Below the pieces are notes generated by a model. The model had not been told where the DNA came from, ran no database searches, and saw only the letters and a program-made list of their open reading frames with translations. DNA of 57,539 nucleotides from Mizuhopecten yessoensis (Eukaryota): positions 226,514 through 284,052 of the forward strand of contig NW_018408904.1 in assembly GCF_002113885.1 (NCBI RefSeq), read 5' to 3'. Every line of letters starts with the position of its first letter. The stretch's first letter is position 1. Shown piece after piece: positions 14,501-29,500 of this stretch. Position numbers and translations under genes: made by a program.

Positions 14501-17500
14501 CAATAATAACAGCTTGTCTGTTCCTCCACAATACTTAAGTTTTGTTTGTTATATCTTTCTTCAGGATAAACCAAAAGTGTTCCTCACATTGGATGCTCTT
14601 GCATTAGAGTATGGTGCTATGTTGTGCAAGGAAAGCCTGATTTCTACATTACCACCACTGTTTATGTTGGATGTACAACACTTGTTGCTGTACGCCATAC
14701 AGGGTAATCTTTCTTCATATAGACCAAGGTAATTCTATAAAATTACATCCTAATTAAACCCATGTTACATCTATATACCTACTTCTTAACCTTATTTCTC
14801 AGGACTTTATTGATTTCTGAACCACTAAATGGAATTTCTCCTTTGATTTGACTGGAAACATCTTTAGGCAGTGGGAAATCAAATTTGCACAATGAAGGGG
14901 CCAGCCCCCAATGAGCTGAGGGATAGGGCCAAAAAGAGGTATTTTAGCAGTATTGTTTAAAGTGACCTTTCCTGGAACTATGAACTATATATTTAGTCGA
15001 AAACTTGTTCAGATGGTGTGTTGTCAAATTTAATACATATCATGTGATGATGTTATTACAATCACAGTCAGATACACTGAATGACACTGGTCATGTGATA
15101 ATGTTATTATTGAATGACTCTGCATGGTCATGTGATCATATGATAGTGTTATTATTCAATGACTCTGGTCATGTGATTATGTGATAGTGTTATCACTGAA
15201 TGACCCTGGTCATGTGATCATATGATAGTGTTATTATTCAATGACTCTGGTCATGTGATTATGTGATAGTGTTATCACTGAATGACTCTGGTCATGTGAT
15301 TATATGATAGTGCTATTATTCAATGACTCTGGTCATGTGATTATGTGATAGTGTTATCATTGAATGACTCTGGTCATGTGATAGTGTTATTATTCTGTTA
15401 CTGGTCATGTGACTCTTGTTATGTGATAGTGTTATCATGATCACTGAATGACTCCGGTCATGTGAAAGTCTTATTACTGAATTATTATACTTAACTAGTT
15501 GGATCATAGGATGGTGTTATTTCATTTACTGACATATGATAAATAATAATGGTTTGTAGAATTGATATCAACAAAGATTGTGTTTTATGTACATCGGAAC
15601 TTCATTTGAGTACAAATAATTTCTAAAAAAGCTGAAATGTTTGTGACCTTTTTTGGCGTCCCCAGGTGGTGTAAGTTGCTGAGGCCAGGCAGAGTCTCTA
15701 GTGTTGTGGTCATTGTGTTGGATGGAGTTGGAAGTGATGATTATCAAACACATCCAGAAAGTTTTTCAAATCTACGGAAGTTCTTTGAAATGGTGAGTAG
15801 AGTACGTAGATGTTGCTGAAGTTTTGAACACAATTTCACCAAAGACTTGTGATGGGGATTCAATATTCCACAAATTGAGGGGTGGATCCCCAACATGTTA
15901 TATTATAAGTTGACAGGGAACTGAAAATATTTCATGTGGAAATGTTGCTTTAAACACATTCCTTACTAAGAAATATAACACATATATTAGATCCTGTTCA
16001 TATGGAATGTACTTGATTATTGAAAATATGAAGGTATTTTCAATCACACTATCCTATTATTTCAGTCTGTTGACATGGTACCTCCTGTGGAGTATGGCTC
16101 TTCTGTAGCAGACGAACTGCTCTATGTTCCATTATCACTGAGGGAAAAGATACAGATTAGGAAAACTAATCATGAAAAACAGGAACATTACACAATGATT
16201 AATGTGGAACCAATGGCTCCAATCATTGGTGAAAAAGTACCACAAACAGGTCAAGTCAGTGTGATAAAAAACGAGCCTAAACAAGAAACTGCAGAAGATT
16301 CAGAAATAAAGAACATTGAAGTGACATCTGAGCAATTGCCAGCCTCAGATCGCTTTCCTAGGACACACCTTCTATTGAGTACATCACAAATGGTACTAGA
16401 AAGCTTCCCCATGCCTATCCTAAACACAAGTAAGTACTTCTCTATTTTCTATGTCATTTCTCTTGATAATAAGTTGATTTGGATTTTACAAAATAGAATA
16501 CTAATGAAATATTCTCTAGAAGCTGCTTAACAAAGTCTGTCTGACAGCGGTTCTACAGTAGTATGGAGAAATGTTTTGTCCTTATCTTGATAACTAAATA
16601 TGCTTTATAGATTTATCTTGCAGCAATGGTGCAGTCAGGATTTTTTTTTCGAAATTTATATTGCAAATACTTAATTTGACATACATTTTATGCTTCAGTG
16701 ACATGGTTAAGAAGATATGGTGTAATATAAATGTATATATCTATATGTTAAGAACATTTTTGTCCATATCTGGGTAACTATTACTCATAAATATCATTTG
16801 TATAAGAGTTGACTACTACTAGGTTGTTGGTTTGTTTTCAGACACTGATTTTGTCTACACCAAAGAAGAATATGAAACAGTGACGAACCGTAGTCCCATT
16901 TTTGCCGTGGATTGTGAAATGGTATGCATACATGTAATCAGTCTTGGACTGGAGCAACATAATAATATCAGATGGCATTTAATTTGCTCAGATATACCAT
17001 AGAAAGATTATAGGGCCTACATAATAAACCACTAGTTTTCAGACAAAAAATATAATTATCAATTTCCCAGATTTGCAGGAGGCATTTTATTTAGCCCTCA
17101 GAAGGAATTATTTACTTAAAACAGCTCAAAGAAAGTGGGTTTCATAGTATTAAGTTTCTTTATTGACATACAAAGTTTATCTGTACATATATCTTACTTT
17201 AAATCAGGTTGCATCAGTTTTCATTGGTTCATAAATTAACCCAGAGTGATATATTGTAATGATTTTTGTCTCATGTTGTATATGTGAACGTGATTACATT
17301 AGTTTTATTTGACTAAGTTTGTCTGTGTTGTGTTCGTATCGTAACTGACTATGACATATGATGTGGTTAATATAACTAGAGAAACATTAACATAATCCGG
17401 TAAAACTGACTGTAATCAAAGACTCGCACATAATGGTCAGTGGCTGATTGCTTGTTGATGGCCAGCTGCAATCTCTTCCCAGAGTTGTCCTTCCTTACTC

Positions 17501-20500
17501 TCACTTACACCACCTCTGTCAACGGCTGAATGTCAAGAATATTGGCAAAGTCTTGAAAATCTATTTTTGCCAATATAATAATTTCACTTTATTACATCAT
17601 TCATCTTGCATAAACATAGTCATATGATGTGATTTGTTAAGAAGATACAAATAAAGTAAATCAATATGCATATATATTGTGGTGCATTGATGTCAAAATT
17701 AATCCGAAATTTACAAAACTTTAAAAGGTTAAATTCATGAGAGAAAAAACTTCGCGAGGAAAAAGCAAAGTTACGTATTTGTATTGTTAACAAGTTTTGT
17801 TGCCGGAAGCAATACTACGGTTACCTATTTATTAATACTTTTCACATAAACTCACATATCACCACATTATGTATCTTTTATTAATGTTTGACATAAATAA
17901 ATTTGTTGATCGTCATTTGTCTTAGAGTTCCGTGTACCAAGGGACATAATCCAAGATGGCGATCTCTCAGAATCGTCGATCTTTTCCTGAAAAAAACTTG
18001 AATTTTTCTATACCTGTGTATTTTACGCACCCCCCACTTTGGGTATTAAATTTCTGAAAAAAAAGTGCGCAAATTACATGGGATTTTAAGGTATATGGCT
18101 GATGTATAGTGACGAAGGCAAGATGCTGTTGATGTGGGCAATCAACAGCACTTCAGTCAGATATCCTTGATATGTTGGGTTAGGACATGACATGTAGTCA
18201 ATTCAAATTGATTAAGATATGAATTTATTGACATAAAGGCTTAAACATTTCCTTTGACATTGGTAAAATTACCACAATCATTTTTGGTGACAACAGTAGA
18301 TATATAGCTGATGAAAATCAGTGAGTGATTGTAGTCAGTTTGTGCAGACTACATAAACTTGTATAGAAAAAATGACTGTTGATTGATCAAGGTAACTTCT
18401 TGTGTTGTATGCTAATTCTTGTAGTTATATTTTTTTTCAAGTGTTTGACAGTTAGAATGAAGAGTGAGTTGACCCGGGTCTCAGTGGTCAATGAGAACCT
18501 GGAGTGTATCTATGACACATTTGTGAAACCAAATTACAAAATTCGTGACTACCTCACAAGGTAAGCTCTCAACTTACATGTAATATCTACTGGATAGAGG
18601 TACATGTAAATGGGTTTAATATATATACCAATGGCTAAATACAGAGCACAGGCTTTACACTGAAAATGGGTTGGTATAGAACATGGATATAATACAGAGC
18701 ATTGGTCTGATACAGACATTGGCTGGAATCTTCCTGGGATGTTTGCAAAAATGAATAACTTTGAAATGTTAAAAATGGTCAAATGGGTCAAAGATGTCAA
18801 AAAATTCAAAATACGTCTGATAATGAAAAAAAGGCCTTGAAATAAGATATTAAGCTGGTAGCTTCCTGGGTTGGAGCCGGACAAAGTTTGCTAATAAAAT
18901 GACTTTGACCCATGTTCAAGGTCACAAGGGTCAAATGTGTAAAATAATTTTGACAACTTCTTCTGAATTATCAAGAAGGCTAGGGTGATGATATTTTGCC
19001 TACAGCATGCTTGATTAGATGTTTATCAAGTTTGTTCTAGTGGATGACTTGACACATTTTCAAGGTCACATGGGTCAAGTGTGTTCAAACCTTGAAACCG
19101 CTTATTCTGAATAACCAAGAGCCCAAGGATTATTATATTTGCCTTGTTGATATAAAGTGCGGAATCTGATTCACAGATGGTCAGTCAGATTATTGCTGTA
19201 AGTTTAAGTCTTCCAAAGAATATTGTTAAAATGTAGAGTACCAGGAAATAAAATCTCCCAACAAATAATTAGTAGCCATACTTAGCCTATTTAAATTAGT
19301 TTGACCTGGTTCCCCTTTGAAGGTCATAGATGTAAGATGAATAACAGGTTAGTGATACAGGCCAGCTGCACCTCTTGTTAGCATATCACTTCAGGGAAGA
19401 TAACTTGCAGAATCTCAAACAGACATGTATTGCTGTAAAGTGTCCTGCTATAAGGCTCACACTAGGAACTGAAAATCTTGTCTTCAAGTACAATCATTTC
19501 TTGTTTAAAAATGAAGAAAGTGACTGTGAACAAAAGTTTGTTTAGAATCTGATATATCCTAGAATGTCTGTAAATATTGTTGTATTGGTAAATGTGGTTC
19601 ATTGTCACTTTTGCAAATCAAATTGCTAAGCTGCGTTAGTTTGAAATAACCATTCAGTTAGTCCCAAATTAGAGGAAAGTTTGACTCACAAATTCACATT
19701 GACTAACAGTTACGGTTTTCTTGTCTTTTACAGATATAGTGGCATCACCAAGCAGATCCTTGATCCAGTTAAGACACGTTTGAGTGATGTCCATAAGCAC
19801 TTAAGGAAGATTCTTCCTGCTGATGCCATTCTGTGTGGACAGTCACTGTGTGGTGACCTGAATGCTCTACAGGTTAGTAGCCAAGGAGGATATTTTAATT
19901 TGAACAGTTTGTATGCGTATGGACATGTTCCTGATATCCCTGGATATCTTCATTGACAGACTTATTCAACTTTCATCACTTTTGTTTTTTGATGCCCACC
20001 TGTCACATAATTGTATAGCTAGGAACATAAAAGATGCTTGCTCTTTTCACCTGTCCATTTGTGACAAGTTCAACTTTTTAAAAAGATTTCAATATGTCTA
20101 AATCAATATAATAGTTGATGCAGAGGTCAAACATTAAGGGTATTGGGTCATTTGTCTTTAAAGTTTTTCAAAGTATATATATAAATATATTTTAAACAAA
20201 CACGAATGATGCCTGCATCACACAGATTGTATGCTGTCCACTGTATTTAAGTCACTGTGACCTTCACCTCTAGGTGAAATGTCAAGTAAGTTCAAAGCAA
20301 GTACTCATATTGGTTAACATTTTGTTCACAAAAATCCTGTATTTTTAGCTCACCTGGAATGGGGCTTACGGTATGGTGTGTCTTCTGTCGTCTTCTTAGA
20401 GCATCTTCTATTTAAGAACTTGAAGACCTAGGGTCATGATATTTGGCCAATAGTACCTAGGATGGAGTGATATAAACTTTCCTCAAATATATGACCTTGG

Positions 20501-23500
20501 TCTTCTTTCAAGGTTACATGTCAAATTTGTAAAAATCTTTAAATAACTTCTTCCAAGTACCCAGGAGGCCCAGAGTGTATGTACCTGGCATGGACTGCTA
20601 TAAAGTTTCCCCAAATTAATTACCTTGACCTACTTTCAAGAACACAAGGATCAAATGTGTTAAATACCTTTAAACAACTTCTAAAGAATAACCAAGAGGC
20701 CTAGAGTAATGATATTGGCCAGTAGGTTCCTGGGATTAAGTCCTATGGATTTCCTTCATTAACTGACCTTAGCCTACTTTTAAGGTGAAAGGTAAAATTT
20801 TAATAAATCAAAAATCTTTAAACAACTCCTTCTGAATAACAAGGTGGTCAAGGGTGATGAAAGTTGGCCAGTATGTACCTGGCATGGAGTGCTATACACT
20901 TTTCCCTAAAGAAAGAACCTTTACCTACTTCCAAGGTTACAGGGATAAAATGCTTAAAATCCGTTCAAACAATTTCTTCCTCATAACCAAGAGTTCCAGG
21001 GTGATGCTATTTGACTAGTTGCATGCTTGGATAGAGTAGAAGTTCCTCCAGTAAATGACCTTGACCTAATTTAAGGTCACAGGGGTCAAATGTGTAAAAA
21101 TCTTTCTAAAACCTTCTTAATAACAAAGAGTCCCAACATGCTGGGATAGAATAATACAAAGTTTCATCAAAGAAATTACCTTGACCTTCTTTCAATGTCA
21201 CAAGGGTCAGGTGTCAATTATGAAAATAAAATTAAATAAACTGGAGGCCCAGGGTAATGATATTGTGCTAGTATAAAAAGAGGGTCTGGCTCTCCGAAGT
21301 GCAGCAGGGCAGTGCTCAGCAGAGGTAATCAGAGAACATTTTGTAAATTCCTCCTTTAAGTACAGATTAAATGATTTCAATCATTTAGTCTTGAACATTC
21401 TTAAGCCAAGGAGACTCAATATGTGAAAATATTTGCACAATTACTTTGAGAACAATTTCCCATGATTGCTTAAATACCAAGGCGAGTAAGACAGGCTCTC
21501 TTGGCCTCTTGTAATTTATCTTATGTTTGTAGATTACCATAGAGAATTTGTAGCTCAGACATGATTACCTATTTGTGCTCCTTCAATCATGCCTGGTTTT
21601 GTTGACAGATGTTTCACCCCTATGTGATGGACACCAGCGTAATGTACAACCTTAATGGGGACAGAAAGAGGAAGACAGGATTGAAGCGACTTACTGCTGT
21701 ATTTCTTAGGTAACTAGTACTGGTGGTATGACAACACTGACCACTGGTGGTATGACAATACTGACCACTGGTGGTATGACAACACTGACCACTGGTGGTA
21801 TGACAATACTGACCACTGGTGGTATGACAACACTGACCACTGGTGGTATGACAATACTGACCACTGGTGGTATGACAACACTGACCGCTGGTGATATGAC
21901 AACACTGACCACTGGTGGTATGACAATACTGACCACTGGTGGTATGACAACACTGACCACTGGTGATATGACAAAACTGACCACTGGTTATATGACAACA
22001 CTGACCACTGGTGATATGACATACTGACCACTGGTGGTATGACAACACTAGTACTTTCCACTGCTGATATGACACACTGACCACTGGTTATATGACATAC
22101 TAACCACTGGTGATATGACAACACTGACCACTGATGATACAGAATACTGAGAACAGACTTACTTTACAGAATACTGAGTACTGACTTACTATACAAAATA
22201 CTGAGTACTGACTTACTATAGTGAATTCTGAGTACTGACTTACTATACAGAATAATGACTACTGACTTACTATACAGAATACTGACTACTGACTTACTAT
22301 ACAGAATAATGACTACTGGCTTACTATACAGAATACTGAGTACTGACTTACTATACAAAATACTGAGTACTGACTTACTTTACAGAATACTGAGTACTGA
22401 CTTACTATACAGAATACATACTGAGTACTGACTTACTATACAGACAACTAGGTACTGACTTACTATACAGAATACTGAGTACAGACTTACTTTACAGAAT
22501 ACTGAGTACTGACTTACTATACAGAATACATACTGAGTACTGACTTACTATACAGACAACTGAGTACTGACTTACTATACAGAATACTGAGTACAGACTT
22601 ACTTTACAGAATACTGAGTACTGACTTACTATACAGAATACTTACTGAGTACTGACTTACTATACAGACAACTGAGTACTGACTTACTATACAGAATACT
22701 GAGTACTGACTTACTATACAGAATACTGAGTACTGATTTACTATAGTGAATTCTGAGTACTGACTTACTATACAGAATACTGAGGACTGACTTACTATAT
22801 AGAATACTGAGTACAGACTTACTATACAGAATAATGACTACTGACTTACTATACAGAATACGGAGTACTGACTTACTATATAGAATACTGAGTACAGACT
22901 TACTATACAGAATAATGACTACTGACTTACTATACAGAATACTGAGTACTGACTTACTATACAGAATACTGAGGACTGACTAACTATATAGAATACTGAG
23001 TACTGACTTACTATAGTGAATTCTGAGTACTGACTTACTATACAGAATACTGAGTACTGACTTACTATACAGAATACTGAGTACTGACTTACTATACAGA
23101 CAACTGAGTACTGACTTACTATACAGAATACTGAGTACAGACTTACTATAGTGAATTCTGAGTACTGACTTACTATACATAATACTGAGTACAGACTTAC
23201 TATAGTGAATTCTGAGTAAAAACACTGGGTTTAACAAGCTGCCTACTGACTTACTATACAGAATACTAAGTACTGACTTACTATACAGAATACTGATTAC
23301 TGACTTACTATACAGAATACTGAGTACTGATTTACTATACAGAATACTGAGTACTGACTTACTATACAGAATACTGAGTACTGACTTACTATACAGAATA
23401 CATACCGAGTACTGACTTACTATACAGACAACTGAGTACTGACTTACTATACAGAATACTGAGTACTGACTTACTATACAGAATACTGAGTACTGACTTA

Positions 23501-26500
23501 CTATACAGAATACTGAGTACTGACTTACTATACAGAATACTGAGTACTGACTTACTATACAGAATACTGAGTACTGACTTACTATACAGAATACTGAGTA
23601 CTGACTTACTATACAGAATACTGAGTACTGACTTACTATACAGAATACTGAGTACTGACTTACTATACAGAATACTGAGTACAGACTTACTATACAGAAT
23701 ACCGAGTACTGACTTACTATACAGAATACTGAGTACTGACTTACTATACAGAATACTGAGTACTGACTTACTATACAGAATACTGAGTACTGACTTACTA
23801 TACAGAATACTGAGTACTGACTTACTATACAGAATACTGAGTACTGACTTACTATACAGAATACTGAGTACTGACTTACTATACAGAATACTGAGTACTG
23901 ACTTACTATACAGAATACTGAGTACTGACTTACTATACAGAATACTGAGTACTGACTTACTATACAGAATACCGAGTACTGACTTACTATACAGAATACT
24001 GAGTACTGACTTACTATACAGAATACTTACTACTGACTTACTATACAGAATACTGAGTACTGACTTACTATACAGAATACTGAGTACTGACTTACTTTAC
24101 AGAATTCTAAGTACTGACTTACTATACAGAATACTGAGCACATACTTACTATACAGAATACTGAGTACTGACTTACTTTACAGAATACTGAGTACAGACT
24201 TACTNNNNNNNNNNNNNNNNNNNNNNNNNNNNNNNNNNNNNNNNNNNACTGACTTACTATACAGAATACTGAGTACTGACTTACTATACAGAATACTGAG
24301 TACTGACTTACTATACAGAATACTGAGTACTGACTTACTATACAGATTACCAAGTACTGACTCACTATACACAGGCTAAAATTGTATTTACAGGCGAGAT
24401 ATCCAGATGGGTTCATCAGGTCACAACTCAATAGAAGATGCTACAGCCACAATGGAACTTGTCAAGGTCAAACTGGCCAATGGTATGACATGGATGCACT
24501 TTTTGTTTGTATTTTAAATGTTGATTTATTTTTTGTTGGCACTCATAAGCAATGTTGTCATGATGCAATACTCATTGGATGTCTTTTCATGAACTCGCTG
24601 GTTTAGCTAGGTAACTTCATGTACCTATCAAGACCACAACCAGTTTTTAGCCCAACATCATCTGTTAAAATTGTCATTTGTCTGAAATTCATCTGTTGTC
24701 TTTCTTTAAATAATTCTGAATATCCCTTGTTCTCAAGTATCATCATGCTGAAGCCTATAAATGTAGGATATGTTTTTAACCTGTTCTTTCAGATATTGCC
24801 TTTGGTGATTGTGTACTTGGTGGAGCAATGTTTCCCCCCGAAGATCAAGGGGATGCAGGCATCAAAGTTGACCAGGAAAGTCAAGGGGATACTGGTATCA
24901 AAGTTGACCAAGAAAGTCAAGGGGATGCAGGCATCAAAGTTGACCAGGAAAGTGGATCAGACTCCAAATCTGATCAGCAGAGAATTGTGGCATCTACATC
25001 TATGCAGGGAACGAGGGACCAACACACCTTGGTGGACGTGGAGTCCCAGTCAAAGTCAGAGACTCTGTCACATCGGCAAATCATAGACAGGAGAAGGTCT
25101 TTCTTCCACAACATCTCAAATAGATGTTACAGGAGCCTGTTCAGTATTGTCAAAGAGCTTAACAAAACAGGTAGGCTGTACTAATAAGAGCAATGATTTC
25201 TTAACAATTTTTTACCTTATGTCCTTGCCTTACCTTTATCTCTTAAACTCAAAAAAGCTCACATCACTCAAACACCATATGATGTGTTATATATTCACTG
25301 TTGCAGAAATGATATACAATCTTCATCCTACTTTTCTGAGACACAATTGTCCAATTTAAGGGATGATTTTGACTGAACATATTATGGAATGGGGAGCATC
25401 TGTCTGTCTGTCAACACTTTGTTTTCTGCAAGATAACTTGCTTAAATATTACTTTGTTTGATTAGGATGAACCTTGGTAAGCATTTACAAATATACTGAG
25501 ACTGAAAATACACTTCAAACTTGTTGGAAGGATTTGTAAGAAACTTCATACAACTATGAACCATCTGTACAAAGTGTGTGATAGGATATGTTGGGGAGCC
25601 GAACTTCAATCTCAAAGTTACAAATTATTTCTGGATAACACATATTGTCCTGAGCTTATTTTGTTTAAGTCAAGATATTACTGGAACACAGAAACTTCAT
25701 TGAGAACTGTATTATATGTTATTCCTTGTTACTGATTTCATTATTACATTCTTTAAAATAAACAAGGCATCACGAACAATCAAAATCCACTCACATGTTC
25801 ATCAGTCTGTTGCAGAGCATAATTATTCTATAAACATAACTAGCAACTTAACTCTTTGATAATAAATTTCGTAGTAAGTCACTAGAGCAGCAGCAAAAAT
25901 CTGTAAATAGTAGACAGTGACCTTGACCTTGGCTGTAAAATGATAAAATCCTAAAGCAAAAATTGTATGATGTATATTCATGATTGACTATTATCTAATG
26001 TATGAAGTTTGGTTAAATCTATTCAGAAATAAAGACATTAGAGCAATGACGAAAGATATTTATAAATAATAAGTGACCTTTAACATTGGTTGTAAAATTC
26101 TCAGCATGAACTCTTTTGTGGTATTTTGTTTCTTGATTTGTATGAAATAAGAACTAGCTGGCCTCATGGATGTGTAGAGTAGCATTTTGACTTAACTTTA
26201 CAACACTGTGTTTAACAAGCTGCCCTCGTGGATGTGTAGAGTAGCATTTTGACTTAACTTTACAACACTGTGTTTAACTAGCTGCCCTCGTGAATGTGTA
26301 GAGTAGCATTTTGACTGTTAACTTTACAACACTGTGTTTAACTAGCTGCCCTCGTGGATGTGTAGAGTAGCATTTTGACTGTTAACTTTACAACACTGTG
26401 TTTAACTAGCTGCCCTCGTGGATGTGTAGAGTAGCATTTTGACTTAACTTTACAACACTGTGTTTAATTAGCTGCCCTCGTGGATGTGTAGAGTAGCATT

Positions 26501-29500
26501 TTGACTTAACTTTAAAACACTGGGTTTAACAAGCTGCCCTCGTGGTTGCGTTGAGTAGCATTTTGACTTAACTTTACAACACTGTTTAACAAGCTGTCCT
26601 CGTGGATGTGTAGAGTAGCATTTTGACTTAACTTTACAACACTGTTTAACAAGCTGCTCTCATGGATGTGTAGAGTAGCATTTTGACTTAACTTTAAAAC
26701 ACTGTGTTTAACAAGCTGCCCTCGTGGATGTGTAGAGTAGCATTTTGACTGTTAACTTAACAACACTGTGTTTAACTAGCTGCCCTCGTGGATGTGTAGA
26801 GTAGCATTTTGACTGTTAACTTAACAACACTGTGTTTAACTAGCTGCCCTCGTGGATGTGTAGAGTAGCATTTTGACTGTTAACTTAACAACACTGTGTT
26901 TAACTAGCTGCCCTCGTGGATGTGTAGAGTAGCATTTTGACTGTTAACTTAACAACACTGTGTTTAACTAGCTGCCCTCGTGGATGTGTAGAGTAGCATT
27001 TTGACTGTTAACTTAACAACACTGTGTTTAACTAGCTGCCCTCGTGGATGTGTAGAGTAGCATTTTGACTGTTAACTTAACAACACTGTGTTTAACTAGC
27101 TGCCCTCGTGGATGTGTAGAGTAGCATTTTGACTGTTAACTTAACAACACTGTGTTTAACTAGCTGCCCTCGTGGATGTGTAGAGTAGCATTTTGACTGT
27201 TAACTTAACAACACTGTGTTTAACTAGCTGCCCTCGTGGATGTGTAGAGTAGCATTTTGACTGTTAACTTAACAACACTGTGTTTAACTAGCTGCCCTCG
27301 TGGATGTGTAGAGTAGCATTTTGACTGTTAACTTAACAACACTGTGTTTAACTAGCTGCCCTCGTGGATGTGTAGAGTAGCATTTTGACTGTTAACTTAA
27401 CAACACTGTGTTTAACTAGCTGCCCTCGTGGATGTGTAGAGTAGCATTTTGACTGTTAACTTAACAACACTGTGTTTAACTAGCTGCCCTCGTGGATGTG
27501 TAGAGTAGCATTTTGACTGTTAACTTAACAACACTGTGTTTAACTAGCTGCCCTCGTGGATGTGTAGAGTAGCATTTTGACTGTTAACTTAACAACACTG
27601 TGTTTAACTAGCTGCCCTCGTGGATGTGTAGAGTAGCATTTTGACTGTTAACTTAACAACACTGTGTTTAACTAGCTGCCCTCGTGGATGTGTAGAGTAG
27701 CATTTTGACTGTTAACTTAACAACACTGTGTTTAACTAGCTGCCCTCGTGGATGTGTAGAGTAGCATTTTGACTGTTAACTTAACAACACTGTGTTTAAC
27801 TAGCTGCCCTCGTGGATGTGTAGAGTAGCATTTTGACTGTTAACTTAACAACACTGTGTTTAACTAGCTGCCCTCGTGGATGTGTAGAGTAGCATTTTGA
27901 CTGTTAACTTTACAACACTGTTTTAATAGCTGCCCTCGTGGATGTGTAGAGTAGCATTTTGACTGTTAACTTAACAACACTGTGTTTAACTAGCTGCCCT
28001 CGTGGATGTGTAGAGTAGCATTTTGACTGTTAACTTAACAACACTGTGTTTAACTAGCTGCCCTCGTGGATGTGTAGAGTAGCATTTTGACTGTTAACTT
28101 AACAACACTGTGTTTAACTAGCTGCCCTCGTGGATGTGTAGAGTAGCATTTTGACTGTTAACTTAACAACACTGTGTTTAACTAGCTGCCCTCGTGGATG
28201 TGTAGAGTAGCATTTTGACTGTTAACTTAACAACACTGTGTTTAACTAGCTGCCCTCGTGGATGTGTAGAGTAGCATTTTGACTGTTAACTTAACAACAC
28301 TGTGTTTAACTAGCTGCCCTCGTGGATGTGTAGAGTAGCATTTTGACTGTTAACTTAACAACACTGTGTTTAACTAGCTGCCCTCGTGGATGTGTAGAGT
28401 AGCATTTTGACTGTTAACTTAACAACACTGTGTTTAACTAGCTGCCCTCGTGGATGTGTAGAGTAGCATTTTGACTGTTAACTTAACAACACTGTGTTTA
28501 ACTAGCTGCCCTCGTGGATGTGTAGAGTAGCATTTTGACTGTTAACTTAACAACACTGTGTTTAACTAGCTGCCCTCGTGGATGTGTAGAGTAGCATTTT
28601 GACTGTTAACTTAACAACACTGTGTTTAACTAGCTGCCCTCGTGGATGTGTAGAGTAGCATTTTGACTGTTAACTTAACAACACTGTGTTTAACTAGCTG
28701 CCCTCGTGGATGTGTAGAGTAGCATTTTGACTGTTAACTTAACAACACTGTGTTTAACTAGCTGCCCTCGTGGATGTGTAGAGTAGCATTTTGACTGTTA
28801 ACTTAACAACACTGTGTTTAACTAGCTGCCCTCGTGGATGTGTAGAGTAGCATTTTGACTGTTAACTTAACAACACTGTGTTTAAATAGCTGCCCTCGTG
28901 GATGTGTAGAGTAGCATTTTGACTGTTAACTTAACAACACTGTGTTTAACTAGCTGCCCTCGTGGATGTGTAGAGTAGCATTTTGACTGTTAACTTAACA
29001 ACACTGTGTTTAACTAGCTGGCCTTGTGGATGTGTAGAGTAGCATTTTGACTGTTAACTTTACAACACTGTGTTTAACTAGCTGCCCTCGTGGATGAGAT
29101 GTCTGTTGTACAACAGCATGCTGATCAAGATGTGGTTGCTATGGAATCTGACTGTGACCGAACTAGTAAATCACTGTCCAAGTCGTATGTAGAGTACCAT
29201 GACTTTGTCTACACATGCTTTCCTTCTTACAAAAAAGAACTTGAAGAAACACAGACAGAGGAGGATAAAAAGGTAAAACCCAGCTATGTTAATTATCTCC
29301 ACACATTTCTGTCTTCTGTTTTATTGTTGCTGCTGTGCTTTTTAGTCAATTCAAATTGCCCTGCATCCGTGGGCTGTAGTCCGTCTGTCCTTCCTTAAAA
29401 AATTCTTGTTATCGCTATTTCTCTGAAAGTGCCTGATGGATCCTCTCAAATTTCATATGTAAGTTCCACTTGGTCCCTTGTTTAAGTATTTTGACAGTGA

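Noticed and set aside
19830-19860. GQSL instead of GHSL in the REXO5 ExoII motif
   Set aside because: The catalytic D, E, D, H and D residues are all present, so there is no evidence of inactivation.
21620-22124. Cys/His-rich (CCHTTSGQ)n ORF resembling a metal-binding protein
   Set aside because: Antisense translation of the intronic 24-bp repeat.
26152-29096. CRISPR-like appearance of regular repeats (also at 22136, 33190 and 39850)
   Set aside because: No unique spacers and no cas genes; these are eukaryotic minisatellites.
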